From Eledone cirrhosa (Eukaryota): 64,000 bases of DNA. Shown here in pieces: positions 23,418 to 37,628 of this stretch (its first letter is position 1; every line of letters begins with the position of its first letter). The notes below the pieces were generated by a model that was given only the letters and a program-made list of their open reading frames with translations, did not search any database and was not told the DNA's origin. Made by a program: the position numbers and the translations under genes. Location of the stretch: the NCBI GenBank assembly GCA_964016885.1, contig OZ024744.1, forward strand, positions 88,102,001-88,166,000, given 5' to 3'.

Positions 23418-24014
23418 GATTGTGCAAATATTACAATTCTTTTTATATTTCAAAATGTTCTAATTTTGGTAATTTTCAAAATTACGAATATTTAGATATT
23501 TGTTATATTCCTTGTGGCTTTAAATTTTGGAATAAATATTTCCAAATAATTTTTGTTTGTGATTTTTATCTGTCTAATTTTTCAATGTATTTCAGTTTTA
23601 TTTGTATGATTTTTTTTCTGCTATTCTACTGCTAGATTATGTGAAAGCGATATGAAAGAAAAAATTTAGCTGAAACGTAAATAATGTTGATGGTGCATTT
23701 TAAGTGATGTAAGCACTCTGCAAATCGAATTGTGTTGTTGACACATTTTTTTTAAAATCCAATCTGAAGTCATTTCAATACAAATAAATTGAAGTTAATT
23801 CATAGCCTCGTACTATTACCTACCCTTTTACTTCGAGACTCTCCAAAAGTTGCCGCTAGAATTTTACTTGCTTTCTTAAACTAAGTGACAGACTTTAAAA
23901 TTATGATTAGAAAATGTTTCTGTTCAGCTCTAAATTCACCATCTTTTAACTTAATTATCCAAACCCATGCCAATGGCCGAGTTCAGCTATTTTCCATAAC
24001 ATATTTTAGTTTCG

Positions 24015-24184
24015 GTAGAGAGTCGGACGCCATGCTTTGCAGCATAGAGTTACGGCCCTTTACGGTCTGAGTTCAAATCCCGCCAATATTAACTTTGCCT
24101 TTCATCCTTACGGGCTCGATAAAATAAAGTAGCAGCAATGCACTGCGATAAATGCTGGCCTTGTGCCAATAGTAGAAACAATTA
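24015..24184 (+). mobile_element. tRNA-derived SINE copy
   Basis: B-box, core and tail match the family consensus. Confidence 0.85.
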
Positions 24185-25189
24185 AGAGTATTATTCTGCT
24201 CAAATATATTTGTTCAATATATGTAAAAATCTAATCAATGATCTGCTGGCTTGATCAGAGTGGATTAAACTGATGTATAATAGAGCGAAACATATGTCCA
24301 TAGGGTTTTTCTTTCCAGCAAGCAAACGACAAAGTGCCCTTTTACTATACTTGTAAATTAAGATGTGAAAGTAATGTTTTTTTGTTAAATTATATCACCC
24401 TTTCTTTCAGCGTCACTATCAATTACTGCAATAGCTTTGCTTTCTTTTTACAGCCGAGGGAAAATCATAAATTAAGAGCTATTTCTTGTGTAAGGCATTC
24501 AGTATATCAAATAAATATTTAAAAATATAATCTCCTCTCACGCTACATAAACGCTACATGGCTCTAGTTATTCTAAAGAGAACTGGTGAGCTGACCTCGG
24601 CTCCTACAATTGATTCTGGCTTTGAACTGCGTGTTCCACTAAATCTGGTGTAAGTCACCCTTTATTTCTTCACCATCTATTTCTTCTGTTCATTTCTCAG
24701 TCTGTCCTATTTGTATTGTTCATGCTTCTTTTAAGACTATCAATATACTTCTGTGTCAATAAACGAGTCACTGGAAATAGAAGCCAAATTCACCTCTAAC
24801 CATACACCACAATTCTAAACATAGGATGAGCCCATTGTATACTATAGTGTTAAACACAATATGACAGACCATAAGACAATGCTGTTACGGTCTAGAATCA
24901 TTTTGATTATTGATTTGCTAAATTTCAGGCCATTACAGAATGCATTAAAACATATACGGACAGATATACATTTATTTATATATGTATATATGTATATCTG
25001 TATATTTGTGTGTGGGTGTATTTCTGAGAGCAAATGAATAAATGGGAAAAATAATGAGTAGTCAGAGGGAATTAACAGTTTTAGCGAGAAACGACAATTG
25101 GATCTTAAATAAAGAGAGCTGATTATTAACTCTTCGTTTCCTTCTTCTACCTAGTCTGCAAAAACACTGTGTAACTTTTAGCAACACTC

Positions 25190-27720
25190 AGTTAAATTCG
25201 TCCGCAGAAAAGAACAGCCAACGGTCTACAAAACGGAACTGTGAAAGTTCAACTAGTTTAGAAAACATCGGCAAAAGCAGCAACAGCAACAGCAACAGCA
25301 AGAACAGCCAAAACAACAAAGCATGTAAAATAAGTTTAAATTCTGAAAATGACTTCCAATCATTGAAACTTTCAACATCACCGCGACCATCACCAGGACA
25401 ACAACAAAAAAACACACATCTAAAAGTAAGGCGACAACACCACAAACACCATTACTACGACAACAAATAATATAACAAAAAAAACAGTATAATTAAAAGT
25501 GACAACATAAACAACATGGCAATTTTAGTAGATTGTATAAATGCACGTAGCCTGGTGTTGACCTGGAAGAAAGGTCACTTGCTCAACGACATCAGATCTT
25601 TAGCGATTGGTGTGACAGCCATCAACGAGACAGGAATTTCCGACACGCACGGACTAGCCACCACATTTTGCAAATTTGAGATAGACGCATATTATAAGGA
25701 GTGTTAGTGCAGTTTAGGAAAGGCTTGGATCTCAAGATACAGAAGATTATCCTCAATATGGTCTGCCCAATGGTGGTCCTGGATGTGACCGGTAGTTAAA
25801 GAAGAGAATTTTGACAGATGACCCTATATAATCCGACTGGAGCATAACAGCGCAACATCTTCAGGCGTCTAAAAGCCTTTCTTGAAACGTATCATCCTTT
25901 ACAGTTAGCTGGGGACTTGAACGGCATCATGGACGCACAAATGGACTGTCCGGGAGCATCTGATAGAAGTGGGATACAAACGCCTCAAGAACCTTATCAG
26001 ACGATTCCAACTGTCTGAAAGATACCTAATAGATTTCCCGAATGCGCCAATGTTAACATGGCGTAATCGCATAGAGAGTGATCTACAGATAGGAATAGCA
26101 TGGTCGATAGAAATAGAACATGTAGTAAAACCAGTTACTGGAAGCTTAAAGAGTCGTTTTCGCCGAGTAAAGCCTGGAGAGGCCGGATTTGCACATTAGT
26201 TTATCGACAATTGACAGAGACCATCGTCAGCCATATTTTAGTGGTGGTGTTGCAACCGACGTGCTAACATCGAGAATAGCACTTGCCCATTTCTTCAACA
26301 TGAAACAGGAAGGTTGCATGGGTGACAACAAAGCCACAGTTCGGTCTTTGGCGAACTGAAATAGCCACGAGCTGTTCGATTCCAAACATATGGGTGCAAA
26401 TTTCCAACGGTAATTTATACAACTGTTCGAACAAGCAAGAGGATGAAAACGGTAGTGGACTATAGTTTCTACCTTGACGGCCTACTGAGACTCTCGCCGG
26501 AAAATACGGGGTGCTTCGAAAAGCCAATAGTACCACCCGATATACGGAAAGCCTAACCAAGCTTACGTAGGCATGTTACACGTTTTCGCCAATATATTTT
26601 TAGCTGTCTAGTGCAACTGGCAGCAGAACGGGATAATTCTCAGTTCTGTATATCAGGCTGTAGGAACTTTTATGAAGAAAGACGCGAATGAGAGTGATAT
26701 AATCGAAAATATCCAGCTGATAAAACTTCTTAACACAGAAATGAGCCGAGAGGCAGATATCAATTAAACACATACATCGGCTCCCTGATATGTTACGTCA
26801 GTCCGTCATTCTTTGCTCAGTCCATGCGCCACATCAGGCTAGAGTGCCTGTTCGTCTACTTCATCTAGGTTCCACTAGTCAAGGGCTCCATTTGTGTTAC
26901 ATAAAAGAGAAAGTAAAGAATAAATCTGGGTTTGGTGGGACTCTGATCAGTTTGAATCAATTTTTGAGCTTTCAACGCTACTTGGGAGCTTTCTCCAAGG
27001 CAGACGGTTTTGGTCACATTTTCAAAGGATGGATCGCTTCAATGTACAATGACATCTGCTCGGTGGTCAGAGTAAATGGCCACCGACCTATCGGAACCGT
27101 TTCATATTACACGCTCTCTCCGTCGATGACGCCCCCTCTCTCCTCCGTTCTGTATGTACTCACTCTCGAGCCACTAATTCGGAAACTAGAACTGTTGAAG
27201 GATATCCCACTCGACTTGGTGAGTGGAAGGGCTGTGTCCGCATATACGTACGACGTCACCATGTTGGTGACGAGCCCCTGTGAAATACAGGTGCTCATCA
27301 ACTTCTAAGAAGAATACGAAAATTTAACGGGAGGAAAAATTAAACTTGACAGATTGTGGTGGGATGCAACTCGACACCTAGAAATGCAAGTCCATGCCAT
27401 TCAACGGTGTCTTCTGACGCTGGGCGGAGGGACCGGTTAAGTTCCTCGGGTTCTGGTTCTGTCCGGAATTCCAAGTTGATAAGAACTTGGACTAAGTAGA
27501 TCATTCTCACCCAGAAATAAACCGATAAAAATCGATCATTGAAACGTCATCCTGAGCTGCCGAATGAGTACATCACCACCCTGATATATTACCGTCTGAC
27601 CGTCTTTCCTTGCCACAGTCCGCGTCCCACCAAACAAGAGCGCTTGGTCTTCTACTTCTTGAAGAAGCCACTTGTTCTACTAGTCATGCGGTCTATCTAC
27701 TGCTAATACCATTGCGCTGA
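25190..27720 (+). mobile_element. Old, heavily decayed Tx1-like LINE on the plus strand
   Basis: MAILVDCINARSLVLTWKKGHLLNDIRS (APE N-terminus), GFGGTLISLNQ, LYVLTLEPLIRKLELL and AVSAYTYDVT are collinear with the E4 ORF2; many stops and deletions. Confidence 0.85.
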
Positions 27721-28209
27721 GGACTAATCTTATCACCAGCGGTGACTAATCCTATCATTTTATATATCAAATGTTACAATGTAAAATGTCTGCTTCCAGT
27801 TTTAAGAGAGGAGGATATATTAAGTAATGTGCTACGAGATACTCTTAAAGATGGCTTTTAATCATAAGCTTCCACATTCAGGATTTGCCTGGCGTTGAAC
27901 AGCATAACAACAACAACAACAGCCCCAACAGCAACAACAACAACAGCAACAACAACAAGAGCAACAGCAACAACCACAACAACAACTGAAACAACAACAA
28001 CAACAACAACAACAAATATACATCACACATTATTATTTCCCTCCTCTCTAACTGTGTTGATATGTGTCTCGGTAATAAAAAAAAAAGCTCGTAGAATGCT
28101 AGAAATAGCAAGGAATTAGGAAAATCTAACTTCTTTTATTATTTTACTTGGAAAAAGTCGTTTTACCTATTAACATTGTATGCCTTTTGAGACAGGTGAG
28201 TTAGATATG

Positions 28210-28450
28210 GTGAATTATTTTTCTCGAACAATTTCAAACTTACGGTGGCAGGGAAGAAAGTAATTCTAAGAAATTCGACATTCTGTGAAGGTGTTAGTTA
28301 TAGCAGTTAATAAGCGACCTGGATGTGAAAACAATATGAGAAAAGAAAGTGGGTGGGAAAATATAGTCAGCGGGGCCTGAGTAGCAATGGAATGAAACCA
28401 GTTAGTCAGCCAGTTCCGAGAAGTAATGAACACTGTAGTGAGGAGACATA
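28210..28450 (-). mobile_element. Decayed CR1/Jockey-like LINE 3' end
   Basis: Manual translation gives ..SEL..., FSH and FFPATVSLKLF, resembling the CR1-type terminus (xSELx..WNxLP..FP..xLxxFK). Confidence 0.4.
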
Positions 28451-29120
28451 TATTTGAAAAATGTCGGGCTACTTACAGGTGAGTGATTCTCTTCGGTTCA
28501 GATGGGTGTAGTATTTACGTACGTTTTGAGTTCAAAATCTACTTCGATTTTCATTCAGGGTCGATAAAATAAAACTAAAAAAAGCAGCATTATATTAATG
28601 AATTTAATCGATTCTTCTCGCTTCCCCTCATATTTGCATCCTTATAGCAGAGTGAAAAGATAATCAATATATATTTAATTCATTCAACTGCTTTAAAATA
28701 AGAAGAGCTTGACTTTTGGCAATCAGAAGTGTGTAGCAAATTATAATTAGCCATGCTGAACTCAGGAAATAGGTCTTCCATGATGTTGAGGCATATTTTT
28801 GTAATTCATTTTTTTTTTTTTCTCAGGTCCATTACGAATCATACAAGTACGTATATTTACGGATTTAATTGTGTCCATAATTTTGAATTTTCCTTATTCA
28901 TATTGGCATTTGTTATATATATATATATATGTGTGTGTGTGTCTGTGTGTGTGTACACTAATATATATATATATGGGAAAAGTGTCAGGACCCCGACGGC
29001 TGAGCTCCGGCCATTTCGATAGCTACATTCCTATTACCCACTCTATTACCCTAAGTATCGAGTACTCTGGTGCGTTATGGTGCACCTGGTTTCATACCTC
29101 ACTTTCCTTGTTATATATAT

Positions 29121-29230
29121 GTTCATCTGGTTTTATAATTTCACAAAGTTTTACCAATAGAGAGAGAGAGTCAGTTTCTAACATGGACACAAGACTCTCT
29201 CATTGGAATTTACACAACATCAACTAGGTA
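29121..29230 (-). repeat. Copy of the 3' UTR segment found at 33358-33458
   Basis: Reverse-complement match (GTTGATGTTGTGTAAATTCCAATGAG...AAACCAGA). Confidence 0.8.
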
Positions 29231-29607
29231 GATATGTATGTATGCGCGCATGTGTATATACTTTGCATCTGTACATGTGTATATGCAGTAATTAGATGCA
29301 TGTATGTATGTATTATTAGATGTATGTATGTATGTATTCTATGTCAGGTCACTCTTGAGTGCTACTGGTAACATGTCACCCAGTACAACCTGTCGCATGG
29401 TCGGGTCGTCGGCGACTAAACCGGCAACCCCACCAAGTTTACTTGTTGAGGAGGGTGATTGTGGAAACCCTGCAGGACAAAAAAGAAAACCTGACAAAGG
29501 GCGGAAGAACTCAAAAGAGTCAACGGCCATCTAAAAATATGTAAATATGTATATACATATGTACATGTGTATGTGTATGTATATACGTGTGTATATGCCT
29601 GGGTATC

Positions 29608-30320
29608 AGGGAGGGGCATGTACCTCTTTAGGGAGGGCTAGCCATGCCTTTTTCAGGACAGCTCGTCCTGCATTGGGTCCCACCTGACACTCAGCTCTCA
29701 CCTGTGGCCCCAAGAAGCTGTAGCATGCGACAGCGGCCACTCCCTGGTATACTGCCTTGGCTGGCGGGCCGAACCAGGTTGAGGGTAGCCGGACGGATCT
29801 GAAACACCCCGGTGAGTTAGATAGGAGATGCCTGCCCCTGCATGCGAATACTCGACCCGGCGGAGTGAGTGGAGGACAACATCGTCCCAACGGTCACAAA
29901 GGCGGCGACAGCAAGTGGTGTGGAGGGCTAGGGCACGGCAATGCACTACAGACGTCGTGGCCATCCACTGCAACCAATGAAATCCCTGGTCGTGACGGTC
30001 CTCTGTACCGCCGGATTCTGGCTTCTGCGGCCGAGTGAGTGGGACCGTCACTGTGCACTGGCCCTCCCACTATAAACCTTTCCCGCACAGGTTTCTTCTT
30101 TAGCGGACACTCCCAAAGCCCTGCGGCGATGGGCGAGAGTCGGAGGTAACAGGTGGAGGTAATCTCTGGTAGTTGCCAGTCTGACTCCGGTCTCTTCCCC
30201 TGCCCCCACTGTCCTCGGACTTGCAAGTCAAGGATCGGCCTCCACAGCCACCTTCGCGCCCACGGCAGACGGGAACAAGAATAAAGAAGATGTCATCATC
30301 GTTTACGATGGACAACCAAG
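29608..30320 (+). mobile_element. Internally deleted (bipartite) RTE-BovB-like element: GC-rich 5' UTR joined to terminal C2H2 finger and 3' tail
   Basis: 5' part CAGCTCTCACCTGTGGC...TAGCATG...AGCGGCCAC...GAGGGTAGCCG resembles RTE 5' UTRs as I recall them. 30195-30284 encodes FPCPHCPRTCKSRIGLHSHLRAH..*. Tail GTCATCATCGTTTACGATGGACAACC then (TATG)n. Confidence 0.7.
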
Positions 30321-30357
30321 ATGTATGTATATGTGTGTATGTGTGTGTACATACGTA

Positions 30358-30435
<78 letters not shown>

Positions 30436-30714
30436 ATTATAAAGGAAAATTCAACTATTTGTTTTCGAAACTTGCTTCTCTTGCCTTCTTCGTGTGCTTG
30501 CTTCTGTCCAAAATTTGATACTGCTTATGGTCTTAAAATTTGAAATTGGTTAAATTCAATCCCACGTGTGCTTTGTGTATTGTGTTTGATGTAAATAATT
30601 CTTAATTAACTATTTCTGGTCGACTTGTTGTTTACATATGCATGTGCCATTATCAGTTGCATAGAAACGACAGTAGTTGTTAAAAAATGGATTTAACTGA
30701 TAACCTTGACCCTC

Positions 30715-30945
30715 TTAATTCACCTACCTCCCCCTACCTATCTACTCCTCCACCCCACTTCACCTAACTTCCTATCTTAACCTTCACACAATCCTTATAC
30801 AATCTACCTGTTCTCTCCATATCCGAACTTTCCTGATAAAGAAGTTATGTGCGAAACGTTGAAACCTCCTCCAATTCCTCCAAGCGTGAAACTAATATAA
30901 CTGTGTTTTTTGCATTCCTGTGTTTCTTTTGTTTGGTTTCATTTA
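30715..30945 (+). mobile_element. Penelope-like terminal repeat remnant
   Basis: Pyrimidine-rich stretch followed by CCTGATAAAG..GCGAAACGTTG, resembling the degenerate hammerhead core CTGATGAAG..CGAAACG typical of PLE pLTRs. Confidence 0.45.
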
Positions 30946-30964
30946 TTAACTATATACACACACA

Positions 30965-30998
<34 letters not shown>

Positions 30999-31041
30999 CA
31001 TATATATATATACATATATATATATACATATATATATATAC

Positions 31042-31132
<91 letters not shown>

Positions 31133-31148
31133 TATATATAAGTAATTT

Positions 31149-31196
<48 letters not shown>

Positions 31197-31457
31197 AAAT
31201 TAAGATAAATTAAATGAATTTAATCCAAATCAAAATTATGGGTGTCATGCCAGAAAGACATGCGCCATATCACCCGAAAAATAAGCTCTAAGATTCTAAC
31301 GAGTAGGTCCGAGCATTTTATAATAACTATCTCCTGTGATTATTCATGTTTATATATAGTTATTCTATATATACATGATGGCTGCCCCCTCGTTATCGAG
31401 TATAGCCATTGCACTGCACGTTATACCATTATTAATAATTATTAATTAATTCTAGCG

Positions 31458-31648
31458 TGCGGTGGATAGGCAGTATCGGTAGAGGGTCGGACGCCATTAT
31501 TTGACGCATAGAGTTACGGCCCTTGCCATTCTGAGTTCAAATCCCGGCGAGGTTATCTTTGCCTTTCATCCTTACGGGGTCGATAAAATAAAGTACCAGT
31601 AATGCACTGGGTATTTGCTGGCCTTGTGCCAAACGTAAAAACAATTAA
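31458..31648 (+). mobile_element. tRNA-derived SINE copy
   Basis: Full head, core and tail match. Confidence 0.9.
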
Positions 31649-31864
31649 TTAATTCTATCGTGCAATGTCTGTGCGTGAAGATATTTTTTAAAGAGAGGAA
31701 AGACTGTGCACTGAGCCAATCCCACTCTCTGAACGACAGTAGCTATAACCCAAAAAGAATAAAAGATCAACATCATCGGTAACTACTGAGCCGCAGGTTT
31801 AATATCGGAGTTATCCCAATTTCCTGAGTTGCCTTCTCCTAGAAGTATGCCCCGACAAATATAC

Positions 31865-31948
<84 letters not shown>

Positions 31949-32760
31949 CTGTGTGTGTGGCTGTGTGTGGTATAGTATGTAACTCCTCTGACCACAGTGT
32001 TAAATATTTAAATAACATAGTTTCTATCACTGAATCTTCAGGTATCTTAAAATTTTCAAATCAGTTCTTATTTTAAAAAAAAAATTTGTTTCTTAGTTGG
32101 TTGGTTGGTTATACTTTTTCTTAAAAATGTATTTAAGTACTGTAAAAGAAATGTTACTCTCTGAAGTACTTTTTCTTTGTTTTATCAAGCATATGTCAAC
32201 CTGGCTATCACAGACGGAAGTCAGATTTCTTTGTTTAATAATTTATTTTTGTATTTTTTTAGAGAGAGATTGTGTGTGTGTTTGTGTGTTTGTTTGTGTT
32301 TGTGTGTGTGTGCGTGTATGTGAGTGTATGTGTGTGTGTATGTGTATGTGAGTGTATGTGTGTGTGTATGTGTGTATGTGTGTATGTGTGTATGTATGTG
32401 TGCATGTTTGTATTTAGGTGTGTGTGTGTATTTAGGTATGTGTGTGTGTGTGTATTTAGGTATGTGTGTGTTTGTGAGTGTGTGTGCGTGTATGTGTTTG
32501 TGTACGTATATATTTAGGTGTGTGTGTGTGTTTTGTCTACGCGGATATGATTGTCGCCGTATGTCTCCATCTGTCTGTCTTTCTGTCTGTCTGTTGATTT
32601 TGTCTGTACGTGCGTGCACATGTTTAACCGTAATGAACGTTACACGCATGCGTGTGTCTTAACAGACACACACGCGCACGCGTGAAAGTTTTCTTTAACC
32701 TTTTCTCTTAATTCTTTTATATATACAGACAAATATATATACATATATATATATATATAT

Positions 32761-32894
<134 letters not shown>

Positions 32895-33079
32895 ATATAT
32901 ATATATATACATGTATGTATATATCTACATATATATGTGTGTGTGTGTGTGTTGTGTGCGTGTGTTTATTTATGTTTATTTTCATAGTTTTCACTTCATG
33001 TATAATAACATACACAAACATGCATGAATGCTTTTATATAAACACAAATACATGCACTCATACATACATATATACACAC

Positions 33080-33458
33080 ATCATTATTGGGGCACTGGGG
33101 TATGTCAGTAACAGCCTCAATACAAATCTTGAGAAACTAGGCTTCACAGGAACAGAAAGAACACAACTAGTTAGGAAATTACAAGTACAATCCATTAATG
33201 GAACAGTAAAAATATGTAAAATGTTGCATCTAATAACTGCATATAAACAAGTACAGATACAAAGCATATACACATGCACACATACAACTCAAAACATCCA
33301 CATCCACACATACAATAACATCCATATCTACACATGCATGCATACATACATATCTACCTAGTTGATGTTGTGTAAATTCCAATGAGTGTCTTGTGTCTAT
33401 ATTAGAAACCGACTCTCTCTATTGGTAAAACTTTGTGAAATTATAAAACCAGAAGAAC
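33080..33458 (+). mobile_element. 3' end of an RLE-type (R4/Dong/NeSL-like) non-LTR element
   Basis: IIIGALGYVSNSLNTNLEKLGF...RKLQVQSINGTVKICK matches the xIGALG..L..LG..LQ...GT C-terminus of restriction-like-endonuclease LINEs, followed by a 3' UTR and (CATA)n. Confidence 0.7.
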
Positions 33459-33842
33459 ATACATACAAATATACATACATACAACTATGCATACCTACAT
33501 TGAAGCATACATATATACATACAAACATACATACATACTTACGTAAATACATACATATATTCGTGAGTACATACATATCTACGTACATATATACATATAC
33601 ACATACGCATTCATGTATACATACATACGCACATACATACATAAGCACATACATATATTCGTACATACATATATACGTATGTACTATACACACATACATA
33701 TACACATACATCCATTTATACATATATTCATACACACATACATACATACCTATATACATTCATACATGATGGCTGCCCCCTCGTTGTCGAGTACTGTCAT
33801 TGCACGAGAAAAAAACCCCATAATAATAACATTAATAATAGT

Positions 33843-36690
33843 GATTTCATTTATTAGCCACCAGGGCCGACATGTAGGGGACAATACAAAGACAGGGACA
33901 GTGGGGGTTTACAATAAGGTCGAGTAAAAGTGCACAATGGCAAGACTAATTTAACAATGAAGATATAAAAATATAAAATAAACTATGCATAAATATAACA
34001 AAATAAATTCCCCTATAGGGGGTGGACGACCCTGGGGTGACTCGGGTACCCCACCAATCCTGAACCATCCTGCGCTTCTAGGGCACCCAGGGAGAGCACC
34101 CCTCTCCTCAAGTTAGCTAGCCTATAGGCGCATGGTCAGAGTAGGCCCATTCACAAGGGCCATTCTCGCCACATTCATCCACCTTTTAGCAAATGTACTG
34201 GGGGGCAGCACTTCTCTCTCCACCCTCACCCTCCTTTCCAGGTGAAACTTGAAGAAGTTGATGAGGGATTGGCCGAAGAGAAAAGTGTCTGTCTTTAGTC
34301 CTTTCAGTCTGGTCCACCATAAAACCTCTTTCGCAACTACTACCAGACAGAGGAAAATTGCCTGCTCTTCCTGACCTAAGAAAGGCGGTGGGTCGATCTT
34401 CACTATGGACTCGGCCGATAGCCGGATTCGTTCCACACGCGACAGTAGCTGTTCGACATAATTCCACAAGTCAGTAATGCACGTACATTGGACGAGTGGG
34501 CGCAGAACGGTTTCGTTCTGTGCGCATCTTGGGCAGGTCCGTCTGACAGCACTTGCGTGCCTGTAGAATTTATCCAGTACCGGAAGTGCCCCCCCCCTCC
34601 CCCGTAGCACTGCCAAGCGAGGGATTTCTGGAAATTTCCATCGTCCCCAGCTCTAAAGTCCTCCGGTACAGACTGGTCAGTTCAACTTCGTCGATGCCCA
34701 AAGCTTCTCCGAGTGCTTCATCGCACTTGCCCACCACTAATCTTCTATAGAACTCGAGAGTGAATGTTCCACTGATAGCATTGCCCGCTTGTTAGAGGGA
34801 AGTGAGTGCCTGGCAACATTCCAGATGCCAGTAACCCAGTCTCGGTCTCTTCTTGACCCAGGACTGCAGCTCAGTCAAAGAAATGAGCTGCGGAAAGGCC
34901 CGTCTGATGAACGGCGACCACACCTGTTAACCGTTGATGTAGAATATCTGGAGATGTCGCAGCCTCAACGCATGTCTGCGCATCATTAGCCATGGCATGC
35001 CCAGCCTTCCGCGTAGAGGGTGCTGGCAGCAGATGGACCGCCTCACCAATGGAACTTGTCCCCTCCACAAGAATTTGCAGAGGAGCCCTTCCAACTTGAC
35101 GAGGCGCGGACCGGGGCAAGGCACGACGGTCAGACGGTAGTAGATGACGGACGCGATGTACGCATTCGCCACCTCCGCGCGACCTTTTCAGTGATGGCTT
35201 CCTCCCAGCCCATTTTTGGATGAGACTGGCTACTCTGCTCGTTACCTCGTCCCAATTCTCTTCCACCTGTTGGACGGTATGGGCTTGCCTCTCCAGGTTC
35301 CGAGCTGTAAGACCACCGACCTTTCCGGGTTAAGTTTGACTCCTGTCAACTTTTCATATTCCTTCAATAAGGTGCTAACCACCTCGATGTCTGAGGTCTT
35401 CGACACCATCACGGTGATGTCGTCCGCATAAGCCGACACCGCCTTTCCACGTCCCGGTACGAGCGGGATGCCCTGTAACAGTTCCAGCTTCCGCAGTAAA
35501 GGCTCGAGAGTCAATACGTACAGAAGTGAAAAGAGAGTGCACCCTTGACGTACCGATCGGGAGAGCCGAAATGGTTCCGAGAGGTGTCCATTAACCTTGA
35601 CCACCGAACGTGTACCGCTGTGTATTGCAGCGATCCAACTTCTGAAGACAGGGCCGAAGCCAGCTGCTTTGTGGACAAACTCCAGATACCGATGGTCGAT
35701 CCTATCGAATGCTTTCGATTGATCTAAATTGATCAGTGCCCCACCGAAGCCAGGTTTACACCCTACCCTCTGTATGATATATCGCATGAGGTGGAGATTG
35801 TCGTGAATGGACCTGGCTGGGATTGCGCAAATTTGCGCCTCCCTAACCAAATCCTCGCCGACAAGCGCCAATCTCTTTATTAACACCTTGGCCAAAATCT
35901 TAAACTCTGTGTTGAGCAGCGTTATGGGCCTGAAGTTGTCTAATGTATCACGCTTGTTCTCGTCTTTCCTTATCAGCGTCACCACTCCCCTGCTCACAGA
36001 ACTGAGAATACTCCCATTCTGCTGCCAGTTGTAGTAGAGTGCTTCGGGGAGATCGGAGAACAAGTCTGGCATATTTACGTAAAGCCCGTAGGGCAGGCCA
36101 TCCAAACCGGGTGACTTGCGCCTCATGCAGCCGACAAGGGCGTCCTGAATTTCGGCTGAAGTAATCGGCCTTTCGCAGCGCTCAGCGTCGAGCGTCGAGA
36201 TGCGCGGCAAGCCGTCAAAGTAGGGACTGAAATCCGCTACAATCTCTGACTCGCCACTCTCCCCGAACAACCGAGCAAATTGCTGGCTAAAGGCCTCACA
36301 CATCCGCTTGGAATCGCTTATGTCGTGTCCGTCTCGGTTCACCAAAGACCGAATTGTGGTTTTATTACCACGCTGCGCCTCCGCCACGCGGGCCCATCTA
36401 ACAGCTTTAGTTCCCTCGTTTCTCAGCGCACGCGCCTTAGCTCTGACAATGCAACCTTCGTGTTTCGCATTGAAGAAATGGTCTAATGCCATTCTCGCCG
36501 CTAGCACGTCAGTTGCAATGCCACTACAAATAGCCTCGTCTAACTTATCTATCAGCTCCCCCTCCTTTCTATTTTTCTCTAACGCTAGTTCTTTGCTGAA
36601 CTCTATCGAAGTTACTCTAATCTCTCTTTTGAGAGCCCCCCACCATCTGTTGTTGAGAGCCCCCCACCATATTTTGTTGATGATCCCCCT
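33843..36690 (-). mobile_element. 5'-truncated Tx1-like LINE (family D) flanked by (AAT/AAC)n
   Basis: ORF 35242-36507 (RT with YADD), 34927-35172 and 34122-34616. 3' motif GCCCTGGTGGCTAATAAA. Internal deletion near 35268. Confidence 0.92.
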
Positions 36691-36809
36691 GTCAACTTAT
36701 AATAATAACAACAATACTAATAACGACAACAACAACAACAATAATAATATACATATATATATATATACACACACACGCGCACACACATAAACGTATCTAC
36801 ACACACACA

Positions 36810-37628
36810 CGATAACAATTAACAGCGCTGCAATCGAAGTGGCTTTTTAGCCCAACCAATGATCTAAAATGTCTTGCAACCAAAACATTCAATGTGAATA
36901 GCTGCCTTTTTTGCATGTCGTTTGAGCTCTCGTGCTGATTTACATTCTCTACCACATGCTTGGCAAGCCTGATGAGTAGCATCTCCAACAGCAGCCTGGT
37001 TATCAACCACTGGTTTTACTTTATGACTGCGAAGATGACTTTCGAGTCCAGCTTTGCTTAGGCAGAATCTCGCACAGACGCGGCATGTCAGCGCCATAGG
37101 AGGACCTTCGCTGTCTGGAAATGAAACAGCAATGCCCTTCCTCACATCCCGCTTTACTTTCTAGTATGCGATTCGAGATGCCTCAAAGGCAACTTTCCCC
37201 TCATATACAGTCTTTCTCCATTTATTACGATCAGCAGCAACATTTTCCCATGTATCAGCAGAGATGTTAGTGTCTTTCAAGGAATCTTTATACCTCTTTA
37301 TTGGTTTATATGGCGGCGTTTTCCTTTAACTAACTCTCCATAAAAGAGTTGTTTTAGTATTCTAGAATCCTTCATCCTTGCAAGGTGACCACTCCAACGG
37401 AGTCGTTGCTTAAGCACAAGAGCTTCTATACTGTCACACAGGGAGCTTTCCAAAATCTCGACATCACTGATGTGGTCCCGCCAGTGAACGCCACGGATCT
37501 GTCTGAGACACATCTGATGGAAACGCTCCGATTGCTTCAGGTGGTGTCGATATGTGACCCAGGTCTCGCAGGCATAAAGAAGAGAAGAGAGCACACATGC
37601 CTTGTACACTTTTACCTTTGTCTTCTTG
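36810..37628 (-). mobile_element. RTE-BovB-like LINE 3' fragment with tandem C2H2 zinc fingers
   Basis: TKVKVYKACVLSSLLYACETW...RLRWSGHLARM..R..KQLFYGEL; fingers CRVCARFCLSKAGLESHLRSH and CQACGRECKSARELKRH. Confidence 0.88.
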
